Assembly (NCBI GenBank): GCA_963709585.1
Contig: CAVPXI010000005.1
Coordinates: 32,001 to 96,000 of the forward strand
DNA length: 64,000 nt
Source: Candidatus Dormiibacterota bacterium
GTDB lineage: Bacteria; Chloroflexota; Dormibacteria; Aeolococcales; Aeolococcaceae
Direction of reading: 5' to 3'
Position numbers and translations under genes: made by a program. Below are positions 51,826 to 61,053 of the stretch, one piece after another. The notes beneath the pieces were generated by a model. The model saw nothing but the letters and a program-made list of their open reading frames with translations. It was not told the DNA's origin and did not search any database. Positions within the stretch are counted from its first letter, which is position 1. Every line of letters begins with the position of its first letter.

Positions 51826-52855
51826 CGACGGTGACTGCGTTGCCCGACGTGACCATCGGCACGGACCGGTTCAGCCGATCACTCCGCGACGTGCGTATCT
51901 CGGTCACCGATCGCTGCAACTTCCGCTGCCCGTACTGCATGCCCAAGGCGCGCTTCGGGCCTGGATATCGATTCCTGCCTCGCGCCGAGGCGCTCGAGGC
52001 GCGCGAGATCGTGCGGCTCGCAGGGGTGTTCGCGTCGCTCGGCGTGACCAAGATTCGCTTGACAGGCGGCGAACCGCTGCTTCGCACCGATCTCGCCGAG
52101 ATCGTCGAGGGCATTGCCGGCCTGGGCGTGGCGGATATCGCGCTGACCACCAACGGCGCGCTGCTCCGGCGCTGGGCGGTCCGCCTTCGCGAAGCCGGCC
52201 TGCATCGAGTCACGGTGAGCCTCGAACTCGCTCGACCCGGCCGTCTTCACCGCAATGAGTGATTCCCGAATCGAGGTGAGCGAGGTGCTCGACGGGATCG
52301 CCGCCGCACGCGACGCCGGCCTTGCGCCCGTCAAGCTCAACTGCGTGGTGCAGCGCGGGGTGAATGAGGACGGTCTGCTCGATCTCGTCGCCTTCGCCCG
52401 CCGCGAGGGCTTGGGCCTCCGCTGCATCGAATACATGGATGTGGGCGAGACCAACGGTTGGCGGATGGCGGACGTCGTGAGCGGCGAAGAGATCCTCGCG
52501 CGGGTGCGACGGGTTTATCCGCTCCTCGAGGAGGCGCCCGATCCGACCGCGGTCGCCCGGACGTATCGCTTCGCTGATGGCAACGGAGACCTCGGGGTGA
52601 TCACGTCGGTGAGCCGCCCGTTCTGCGGCGACTGCACGCGCGCTCGAACTCGGCGTCGACGGCAAGCTCTACACGTGCCTGTTCGCGACCGCCGGCGTCG
52701 ACCTGCGCGAACCCATGCGTTCGGGTGCCGACGACGACGCGCTCCGTCGCATCGTCGCCGAACGCTGGAAGCGGCGCGACGATCGTTACTCCGAGTTGCG
52801 CGGGCTCGGCATCGCCGAGGGCGAACGCATCGAGATGTCGTACATCGGCGGTTGA
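51822..52855 (+). CDS. moaA: GTP 3',8-cyclase MoaA (two apparent +1 frameshifts, ~52226 and ~52648)
   Basis: CNFRCPYC, TGGEP, VSLDSLD (repaired), FCGDC.RAR..DGKLYTCLF, C-terminal MSYIGG. Confidence 0.93.
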
Positions 52856-52858
52856 CCG

Positions 52859-53551
52859 ATGGATGACGTCACCGTGCTGGTCTTCGGTCCGCTGCGTGAG
52901 CGTGTCGGCGCCGCCGAGGTCCACGTCGCCGGTGCCACCGTGCAGGAGGTGTGGGACGAGCTGGTGCGCCGTCATCCCGCCGCCGCGGTCGACGCCGGGT
53001 CGGTCCGCGCGGCGCGCAATCTCGGCTACTGCGAGTGGAACACAGCGGTTCGCGGCGGTGACACCATCGCCTTCATCCCACCGGTTGCGGGCGGCAGCGA
53101 CGACGCGGCGTCGGTGCGGGTCTTGATCACCGACATTCCAATCGACATCGCGGCGGTGATCGCAACGGCGGGCACCTCGCGCGATGGTGCGGTCGCGACC
53201 TTCATCGGCAGGGTTCGTGATCACAGTGACGGCGTGGCCGTGGAGCGCATGGATTACGAGGCATACGCCGAGATGGCCGAAGCCGAGATGCACCGGATCG
53301 GCAGTGAGCTGCTCGCGCGCAGCGGGATCAGCACCATCACCATCGTGCACCGCACCGGTGCGCTGCTGGTCGGCGACGCGAGCGTGCTCGTGGTGGTGAC
53401 CGCGCCGCACCGGGACACTGCATTTCCAGCGTGCCAGGAGGCGTTGGAGCTCATCAAGATGACCGTACCGGTGTGGAAGCGGGAGCACCGTCCCGATGGC
53501 GCGCGCTGGGTGGATGCCCGCGATCGCACCGCAGACGAGGCGACCGTGTGA
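52859..53551 (+). CDS. MoaD-MoaE fusion (MoaX-type molybdopterin synthase)
   Basis: ThiS/MoaD domain ending PPVAGG continues in frame into MoaE (F.GRVR, YEAY, HRTG, PHR, PVWKRE). Confidence 0.9.
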   Translation: MDDVTVLVFGPLRERVGAAEVHVAGATVQEVWDELVRRHPAAAVDAGSVRAARNLGYCEWNTAVRGGDTIAFIPPVAGGSDDAASVRVLITDIPIDIAAVIATAGTSRDGAVATFIGRVRDHSDGVAVERMDYEAYAEMAEAEMHRIGSELLARSGISTITIVHRTGALLVGDASVLVVVTAPHRDTAFPACQEALELIKMTVPVWKREHRPDGARWVDARDRTADEATV

Positions 53552-54042
53552 TGGTGCAACGCCTCTCCCACGTTGACGAGGCAGGTCGCGCGCGCATGGT
53601 CGACATCAGCGACAAGGCGGTGACCCAGCGCAGCGCGACCGCGCGGGGTCGGGTTCGATGCAGTTCGGAGGCGGTGCAGCGGATCGCCGCCAACGCGATC
53701 GCGAAAGGCAGCGTGCTCGACACCGCACGCATCGCGGGCATCATGGGTGCCAAGCGCACCTCGGACCTGATCCCCCTCTGCCATCCGCTTGCGCTCCGCC
53801 ACATCGACGTCGACCTGCGCGTCGACACATCCGACACTCCCGGCGTCCTGATTGAGGCGACCGCGCGTGTCGAGGGCGCGACCGGAGTCGAGATGGAGGC
53901 CCTGACCGCCGTTGCCATCGCGGCGCTCACGGTCATCGACATGATCAAGGCGGTGGACCACTGGGCATCGATCACCGACGTCACCCTGGTGCACAAGGAG
54001 GGCGGGCGAAGCGGGTCGCTCGACCGGCCCGAAAGGGGTTAG
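53551..54042 (+). CDS. moaC: Cyclic pyranopterin monophosphate synthase
   Basis: LSHVD..GRARMVD, LIPLCHP, TGVEMEAL, KEGGRSG. Confidence 0.95.
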   Translation: MVQRLSHVDEAGRARMVDISDKAVTQRSATARGRVRCSSEAVQRIAANAIAKGSVLDTARIAGIMGAKRTSDLIPLCHPLALRHIDVDLRVDTSDTPGVLIEATARVEGATGVEMEALTAVAIAALTVIDMIKAVDHWASITDVTLVHKEGGRSGSLDRPERG

Positions 54043-54593
54043 TTCGCGGGGCTTGCCTGAGCGGCGTGTCGCGTCTCGCCCGAGATGAGCGCGAGCGCGT
54101 GCGGCAGCGCCGGCCAGACCGCGTCGAGGCATTCGGCCACGGCGGTGGGACTCCCGGGCAGGGACAGGACCAGGCAGTTCCTGGTGACACCGACGACCTG
54201 GCGTGAGAGCATCGCGTGCGGCGTTGACTTGAGGCCCTGGTGGCGCATCACCTCGGCCATCCCCGGAACCTCATAGTCGAACAATGGGAGCAGCGCCTGC
54301 GGCGTCACGTCGCGAGGACCGAGACCAGTGCCACCGGTGAGAATGAGAATGTCCGACTTGCCGGCGCACTGCTCGACGGCGGCTCGGATCGCGTCGATGT
54401 CGTCGGTCACACTCTCGCGCCCGACGATATCCGCGGGGAGGAGCGCGAATCGCGCGACGATAACATCGCCGCTGCGATCGTCGGCATCGACGCCGCGACG
54501 GCTGTCGCTGACGGTGATCTCCGCCCCACGCCAGCGCTTGTCCTCGGTCAGATCACGCATCGCGAAGGATCCGCTCGTGTCCGGCGTAGACAT
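54039..54593 (-). CDS. mog: MogA/MoaB molybdopterin adenylyltransferase
   Basis: TVSD, DRSG, TGGTGLGPRDVTP, LSR, LPGSP. Confidence 0.9.
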   Translation of the reverse strand: MSTPDTSGSFAMRDLTEDKRWRGAEITVSDSRRGVDADDRSGDVIVARFALLPADIVGRESVTDDIDAIRAAVEQCAGKSDILILTGGTGLGPRDVTPQALLPLFDYEVPGMAEVMRHQGLKSTPHAMLSRQVVGVTRNCLVLSLPGSPTAVAECLDAVWPALPHALALISGETRHAAQASPAN

Positions 54594-55374
54594 TCATATG
54601 CTCACCGCGAAGAAAGCCTATCAAGGTCATCCCGGAGTCAGCCGCGAGCTCCACGGCGAGGCTCGACGGCGCCGAAACGGCCGCCAGTAAGGGGATCCCG
54701 GCCATCAACGACTTCTGTGTCAACTCAAAGCTGGCGCGCCCGGACGCGAGGATGATGTGCGAGCGGAGCGGAAGCCGTCCCTGCGTGGCCGCCCATCCGA
54801 TGACCTTGTCGAACGCATTGTGGCGACCGACATCTTCACGCAGGCAGAGCAGCCCACCGGCACGGTCGAACAGTGCCGCGGCATGCAATCCCCCGGTGCG
54901 CGAGAACTGCCGCTGCGCCGAACGCTGTATTGCGGGCAGGCCAAGCAGGAGTTCGGGCGAAACGCGCAGCGGGTCGCCGGCCACGTCGTACGCCGACTTG
55001 GTGCGCACAGCCTCGATGCTCGCCTTGCCGCACATGCCGCACGATGACGTCATGTAGAACGCGCGCGGCGTCATATCCCGGGAAGCCGCGGCGTCCGACA
55101 GCGTGACCTCGACGACGTTCAGCTCACCGGTGGCGGCCGCCGCGTCGGGACACATCCGCATCCCCGCGATCTCGCCCGCTCCACCGGCGATGCCCTCGGT
55201 GATCAGGAAGCCGGCAACCAGGTCGAAGTCGTCGCCGGGGGTGCGCATCGTCACCGAGAGCGAGACGCCCCCGACCCGGATCTCGAGCGGCTCCTCGGTG
55301 CTGATTTCGTCGCTCCGCCAGGTCACGCCTCCGCCGGCTGCAACCTCCATCACACGCCGGTGGCGCACGGTCAT
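54553..55374 (-). CDS. fdhD: Formate dehydrogenase accessory sulfurtransferase FdhD
   Basis: EEPLEI, MRTPG, SSCGMCG, TGGLHAA, REDVGRHNA.DK, SGRASFE, SAPSSLA. Confidence 0.94.
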   Translation of the reverse strand: MTVRHRRVMEVAAGGGVTWRSDEISTEEPLEIRVGGVSLSVTMRTPGDDFDLVAGFLITEGIAGGAGEIAGMRMCPDAAAATGELNVVEVTLSDAAASRDMTPRAFYMTSSCGMCGKASIEAVRTKSAYDVAGDPLRVSPELLLGLPAIQRSAQRQFSRTGGLHAAALFDRAGGLLCLREDVGRHNAFDKVIGWAATQGRLPLRSHIILASGRASFELTQKSLMAGIPLLAAVSAPSSLAVELAADSGMTLIGFLRGEHMNVYAGHERILRDA

Positions 55375-55450
55375 GGCGACCACGATAGCGACCGCGTGTC
55401 GGGATGGCGGGTCCCGCGCCCCACGGCCATCCGCCAAGATCACCCGCGAC

Positions 55451-55741
55451 ATGACCAACGCACCCAATACAAACGATCTGCTCGCCAGGCTGGCGTCGGC
55501 ATTGAGCGCGGCTCGAGGCTCGGCCGGTGCCGTGCAACCGGTCGATCCCGCCGGACGCGCGCGGCTGCTCCGCATCGCCCGCGACGTCGCGCATGCGAGC
55601 GAGCGGCAGAACGCCCCGCTCGCAGCCTACCTGACCGGCCGGTTCGTCCAGGACGCCGTCCGCTCGGGCGTCTCCGAGGCCGACGCTCTCCAGCAGGCGG
55701 AGTTGGTGGTCCGTACCCTCATCGGGGATGGTGCCGGCTGA
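55451..55741 (+). CDS. DUF6457-like small protein
   Basis: LLRIARDVAH..ER..AP..AYL.G pattern typical of the MobA-associated domain. Confidence 0.7.
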   Translation: MTNAPNTNDLLARLASALSAARGSAGAVQPVDPAGRARLLRIARDVAHASERQNAPLAAYLTGRFVQDAVRSGVSEADALQQAELVVRTLIGDGAG

Positions 55742-56357
55742 CCTCGGCGAGGTCCTGCGGAGTGTTGACATTGCGGGTGAAGCGGTCGGAGATGCCCGCG
55801 TCGCGCCACTCGCTCTCGGTGAGGCGCACCGCCTCCGACTTCTCGATCAGACGCCGCAGCGATCGATCCGACCCGGCGAGCGCGGCCTCCGCCGCGGCGA
55901 GCATGGACGTGGCGTAGACGGCATGGAGCGGCTCGATGCCGCGAGCCGTCTCGCACACCGCCACATCACCGTCGCCGATCCTCGCCGCCAGCATCCGGAT
56001 GAGACGCGGATCGATCCATGGGAGGTCGACGGCCACGACCGCGAGCAGCCGGTGCGGTGATGCGCGCAACGCCGCGACGAGCCCGCCGAGCGGCCCGGCT
56101 CCGGGCACAGGGTCAGCGACTGAGAGCCGCCCTGCGACGCGGCCGGGTGCATCCCCAGCGGCGATGAGCACGGGATCGCACACCGCATCGAGACGGGCGA
56201 GCGCGCGCTCCAGCAGCGTCGTTCCTTCGAAGGTGATGGTCGCCTTGTCGACGCCCATTCGCGCGCTGCGACCGCCGCACAGCACCACCCCGGCAAGCCC
56301 GGGGATCGCGAGGACACCGTCGCGCCGGCGCGCCTGGGGTGATTCCACTGGGCGCAA
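55719..56357 (-). CDS. mobA: Molybdenum cofactor guanylyltransferase
   Basis: LCGGRSARMGVDKA, GPLGG, VDLP, EPLHAVY, NVNTP. Confidence 0.9.
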   Translation of the reverse strand: MRPVESPQARRRDGVLAIPGLAGVVLCGGRSARMGVDKATITFEGTTLLERALARLDAVCDPVLIAAGDAPGRVAGRLSVADPVPGAGPLGGLVAALRASPHRLLAVVAVDLPWIDPRLIRMLAARIGDGDVAVCETARGIEPLHAVYATSMLAAAEAALAGSDRSLRRLIEKSEAVRLTESEWRDAGISDRFTRNVNTPQDLAEVSRHHPR

Positions 56358-56395
56358 CCTTACGCAACGCCACCGTCCTGAATCTCACCGGGGGG

Positions 56396-56430
56396 AGGGG
56401 CGATATCTGCGCAGTCGCAGGATCGCCTTC
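56396..56430 (-). terminator. Putative stem-loop downstream of the pilin gene
   Basis: GGCGAT.CTGCG-CAGT-CGCAG.ATCGCC inverted repeat immediately after the pilin stop; no U-tract. Confidence 0.35.
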
Positions 56431-56433
56431 GCC

Positions 56434-56646
56434 CTACGCGTTCAGGCCGTTGCTCACGTTCGAGAAGACGTTGTTCGTCTGGTGTCCGACGACGCCGACC
56501 ACGACGATCACGAAGATTGCGATCAGGACCAGGACGAGCGCGTACTCGACCAATCCCTGACCACGTTCGTCATCGCGCCGCCGGCTGGTGGGAACGGTCA
56601 TCGACCTCACCAGGGCTACCAACGCTGGGAAAAATGCCGGGATCAT
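56434..56646 (-). CDS. Flp family type IVb pilin
   Basis: ERG^QGLVEYALVLVLIAI prepilin/Flp motif; start ATG 56646 or 56601. Confidence 0.88.
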   Translation of the reverse strand: MIPAFFPALVALVRSMTVPTSRRRDDERGQGLVEYALVLVLIAIFVIVVVGVVGHQTNNVFSNVSNGLNA

Positions 56647-56754
56647 GTCGAAAGCATCATTCACGCGTGGCGGCCAGACGTTGTGATTGGGTGACGAGCT
56701 TGTTTCGGTGCTGGCCAACGAAATCGCGCTCGTTACGCCTGCGTTACCCCGAGA

Positions 56755-58335
56755 TCAGCGTGCGAGTTCGGCGCTCTTGATTGCCGCCCCGTAACCGTCG
56801 GGCAGCGGCCGCGGCGGCTGGGGACCCACGTACAGCGCGGAGGGACGGATCAGCCTGTTGTTGGCGGCCTGTTCGGCGATCGCCGCGGTCCAGCCGACGG
56901 TGCGGCTCGAGGCAAACGTGGGGGTGAACATGTCGGGCGGGATGCCGACGCTGTTCATCACCACCCCCGCGTAGAACTCCACATTCGTGTAGAGGCGCCG
57001 ACCGGGTTTCAACTCGTTGAGCACGCGCAGCGCGGTCCGCTCCACCTGGACGGCGAACTCCGCCTGCGGACCGCCCAGCTCGATCGCCACCTCGCGCAGG
57101 AGCGTCGAGCGCGGGTCGTCGGTCTTGTAGACGCGATGGCCGAAGCCCATCAGGCGCTCACCGGACGAGATCTCGTGGCGGAGGTACTCCTCGGCTTTGT
57201 CCGGGGTGCCGATCGCATCGAGCATGGCAAGCGCCCTCGATGGCGCACCCCCGTGGAGCGGGCCGGCCAGAGCACCGATCGCCCCGGTGAGCGCCGACCC
57301 GATGTCGGACCCCGTCGACGTGATCACGCGCGCCGTGAAGGTCGACGAGTTGAACCCGTGGTCCATCGTCAGGATCAGGTACTGCTCCAGCGCGCGGATC
57401 GCCCGGTCGTGGGGCCGTTCGCCGGTGAGCATCTGGATGTAGGCGCCCACGTAGCCGAGGTCCGGGTCCGGCTCAACGGGTTCGAGGCCGAGATGGTGGC
57501 GGTGCAGCCGCATCAGCAGCACCGGGACGATCGCCGCCATCTTCAGGCATTCCCGGCGGACCTCGTCCGCGGGGATGTCGAGCGTCGGCTTCTGCTCGAG
57601 GGCCGCCCCCGCGAGTGACACGGCGGAGCGAAGCGCCATCAGCGGCGTATACCCGGGCAGCGCCGCGATCGCGGGGAGCAGGTCCGCGACCGTGTCGGGA
57701 ACCGAGCGCGCCTCAACCGCGAGCTTGGTGAACTCCTTCAACTGGGCGTCGTCGGGCAGCTCACCTTCGACGAGCAGATGCCATACCTGCTCGAACGAAC
57801 ACCGGCGTGCCAGCTCGGTGGCGTTGTAGCCCCGGTAGTGGAAGAACCCCTCCTCGCCGCGAACGTCGCCGACCGAGGTCTCGGCTACAGCCACGCCCTC
57901 GAGGCCCCGGGGCGCGAGCCCGGGAGGGGCAGAGCCCGCCGGCTGCACCTCTTCGATATGCGCCACCCGGACCACATGGCGGATCGACAGGATTCCCGCG
58001 ACCCGGTCGCCGTCCATCACCGGCAGGTGGCGGAAGCGGCGCTCTCGGAAGAGCTCGAGGCCCTTCTCCACGGTGTCGGTCACCGACACCGTGATCGGGT
58101 CCTTGGTCATGACCTCTTCTACCTTGGCGGTGCCCGGGTCGACGCCGTGCCCGACCGAGCGGAGCAGGTCCCGCTCACTCAGCATCCCGCGCAACCGGTC
58201 CTGCTCGTCCAGGACGGCGGCGGCACCGACATTCGCGCGGTCAAGGATCACCGCAGCCTCCGCCAGGGTGATCGTGGTCGGCACGACCACCGCCGGCTTG
58301 TGCATCACGTCGGCGACGGTCAGCGAGGCGGTCAC
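56755..58335 (-). CDS. Tandem-CBS domain plus citrate/2-methylcitrate synthase fusion
   Basis: ~125-aa CBS pair (GMLSERD, FRHLPV, GILSIR), then GLEGV, DHGFNSSTF, GPLHGGA, GFGHRVY, DPR, NVEFY. Confidence 0.9.
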   Translation of the reverse strand: MTASLTVADVMHKPAVVVPTTITLAEAAVILDRANVGAAAVLDEQDRLRGMLSERDLLRSVGHGVDPGTAKVEEVMTKDPITVSVTDTVEKGLELFRERRFRHLPVMDGDRVAGILSIRHVVRVAHIEEVQPAGSAPPGLAPRGLEGVAVAETSVGDVRGEEGFFHYRGYNATELARRCSFEQVWHLLVEGELPDDAQLKEFTKLAVEARSVPDTVADLLPAIAALPGYTPLMALRSAVSLAGAALEQKPTLDIPADEVRRECLKMAAIVPVLLMRLHRHHLGLEPVEPDPDLGYVGAYIQMLTGERPHDRAIRALEQYLILTMDHGFNSSTFTARVITSTGSDIGSALTGAIGALAGPLHGGAPSRALAMLDAIGTPDKAEEYLRHEISSGERLMGFGHRVYKTDDPRSTLLREVAIELGGPQAEFAVQVERTALRVLNELKPGRRLYTNVEFYAGVVMNSVGIPPDMFTPTFASSRTVGWTAAIAEQAANNRLIRPSALYVGPQPPRPLPDGYGAAIKSAELAR

Positions 58336-58432
58336 GCTGTCAGTCTAGCGCTGCGCGCCAGGGACCTCGGCGCCGTACGCGTCTCCGCGGCCCTGCGCGG
58401 CGAGGCGCCGGAGCGTCACGATCTGCGACCAC

Positions 58433-59894
58433 ATGACAGGCGCTCGACCCACTGGCGACATGGATCCGGTGGCGTACCGGCACGCAGCGCACCGCGTCGC
58501 CGATTGGACCGCCGACTACCTCCGGGACGTCGAGCGCTTCCCGGTGCTGAGTCCCACCCAGCCGGGAGCGGTGCGGCGTGAACTGCCCGTGGCGCCGCCC
58601 CCGAACGGCGAGCCGATCGAGACGGTGCTCGCCGACGTCGAGGAGCTGCTGATTCCCGCAACCACGCACTGGCAGTCCCCGGGGTTCATGGCGTACTTCG
58701 CGTCGAGCGGATCGGGGCCCGGGATCCTCGGCGAGACGCTTGCCGCGGCGTTCAACGTCAACGCGATGCTCTGGCGGACCGCCCCGGCAGCGACCGAGCT
58801 CGAGCAGGTGACCCTCGACTGGCTTCGCCAGATGGTGGGGCTGCCGCAACCCCGCTTCGGGGTTATCAACGACACCGCCTCGACGAGCACGCTCTACGCG
58901 CTGGCAGCAGCGCGCGAGGCCCAGACCGACCTGCGCATCCGCGAACTTGGCATGGCGGGACGTCCCGACATGCCGGCGCTGCGCTACTACGCATCCGCCG
59001 AGGCGCACTCATCGGTCGAGAAAGCCGGCATCGTGCTGGGCACCGGCACAGAAGGGCTGCGTCGGATCCCGGTCGACGAGCGATTCCGAATGGACCCCGT
59101 AGCGCTGCGCCAGGCGATTCACGAGGACATCGCCGCCGGGATCCGCCCGTTCGCGGTTGTCGCCACCGCGGGCACCACATCAACCACCAGTGTCGATCCG
59201 ATCCCGGCGATCGCGTCGCTCTGCGAGCAGCATGGATTGTGGCTCCATGTCGACGCGGCCTATGGCGGTGCGGCCGCGATCGCTCCCGAGCTGCGCTGGG
59301 TGCTCGACGGTGCCGACCGCGCCGAACTCGATCGTCGTCAACCCGCACAAGTGGCTCTTCACACCGATCGACTGCAGCGTCCTCTGGACGCGGCGTCCCG
59401 ACGTCCTGCGCGAAGCCTTCTCGCTCGTGCCGGAATACCTCACCACCACCGATGGGTCGGAGCAGAACGCCCCCAACCTCATGGATTACGGAACGTCACT
59501 CGGCCGCCGGATGCGGGCGCTCAAGCTGTGGATGGTCATCCGCCATTTCGGGACCGACGGGCTCGCTCAACGCATTCGCGAGCACTGCGAGTACGCGTCA
59601 ATGCTCGCGCGCTGGATCGAGGGTGAGCCCGACTTCGAGCTGCTCGCGCCCGCGCCACTGAGCGTCGTCTGCCTGCGCGCACATCCTCCCGGCCTCGACA
59701 ACCCGGGAACACTCGACGCGCTCAACCAGCGCATCGTCGAGCGCATCAACATCGGTGGACGGTTCTTCGTGAGCCACACAAAGCTGCGTGGCGAGTACGC
59801 AATCCGCGTCGCATTCGGCGGCGTGCGACAGGAGGAGCGTCACGCACGCGGAGTGATCGCGGCGTTGCGCGGCGCCATGGACGATGTAGGATGA
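58433..59894 (+). CDS. Group II PLP decarboxylase (aromatic-L-amino-acid decarboxylase-like; apparent +1 frameshift at ~59326)
   Basis: THWQSP.FMAYF, PAATELE, AHSSVEKA, GTT, HVDAAY, ADSIVVNPHKW (repaired), LGRR.RALKLW. Confidence 0.9.
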
Positions 59895-59900
59895 GACGCG

Positions 59901-61047
59901 ATGTTCCGCGCCCTTGGGGCGAGACTCACCCTCGACCATAAGGGGGTGACCGGAGCTGCGCTTTTCGAAGCGGCAGCCCAGCGAATCTGGCTCTGGGCGA
60001 CGAGTGGTCTTAAGACTGCAGCGGATCATGTGAGCGAGGGCGAGCTCCAGGAAGGCGATCTGCACGTGACCGTGCTGCGCTGCGACAGCGGCAATCGATC
60101 GCTGTGCCGTGTCGCCGTCCAGCGGCCGGACGAGTGGGACCGGTCGATACTCTGGATCACCACTGTCGACGCCGTGCGCACCGGTGACACGGTGGCGGTC
60201 GGTGTCTCGGTCGAGCAGGACATGCGTTATATTCGCGTGCCACCGTCACCGCTTGTTCCACCGCTGGTTGCCTTGCTCCACGATTTCGTCAATGACGGAG
60301 CAACCGCTGGATCGCAACGGCTTCGCTCGACGCCGGAGGCGGTGCTGGGCTCCGAGCAGATCGACTCCTTCGTGCACTCGTGCCTCCTCGACCCGGGACG
60401 ACGCCTCCCGGTGGTGGTCTTCAGTGCCAAGAAAGAGGAGGACGGCGTGTATCCAACCGAGGCCGGCAATCCGTCGCTGACGGCCCGCGAACTCTGCGGG
60501 CTCGCGCACGTCTTCGTCATGCCACGAGTTCGAGGACTCACATCGCCTGACCAAGCGACTCGGGATGCTCTCGGTGTACGACGGTGCGGTGCGCATCTAC
60601 TGGCCGCGGTTCCGGTTGAGCGACCCGCCTCCGCGTCACCCGTTGCATCTCCGTCAACGGCTCAACACCGCGAGTGGGCCGGCCATCATTCGTCGGGTGG
60701 TCGAGGCGGGCGCACGTTCGTATCGCCCACCCGACGGCACCGCGACCCTGCTTGCGACGCGCTGGCGGGATCGAGAGCAGGAGCGCATCGCGGCGATCAT
60801 CGATGATCCCGACCTGGCCCGGCAGGCATCGCTGTTGCGCGACGAGCTGCTGCGTGTCATCGATGCCAAGGTTGCGCTCGAGCACGAGATGGAGACGCTG
60901 CGTCATCAGCTGGTCCGCTCCACGGAGCGCACCGACGAACTCGATACGCAGCTCACCGGTGTCCGGGCGGCGCCTGCGACGTCGACCGAGCTCACCGGCA
61001 AACCGGCGGCGCCGAGCCACGATGCGGTCACACCTGACGGCGGCTGA
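59901..61047 (+). CDS. Conserved hypothetical protein with C-terminal coiled coil (apparent +1 frameshift at ~60529)
   Basis: Two ORFs join when one T of GAGTTC is removed; RRLPVVV, LCGLAHV, SVYDGAVRIYWP..D...HPL. Confidence 0.7.
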
Positions 61048-61053
61048 CGGTCG

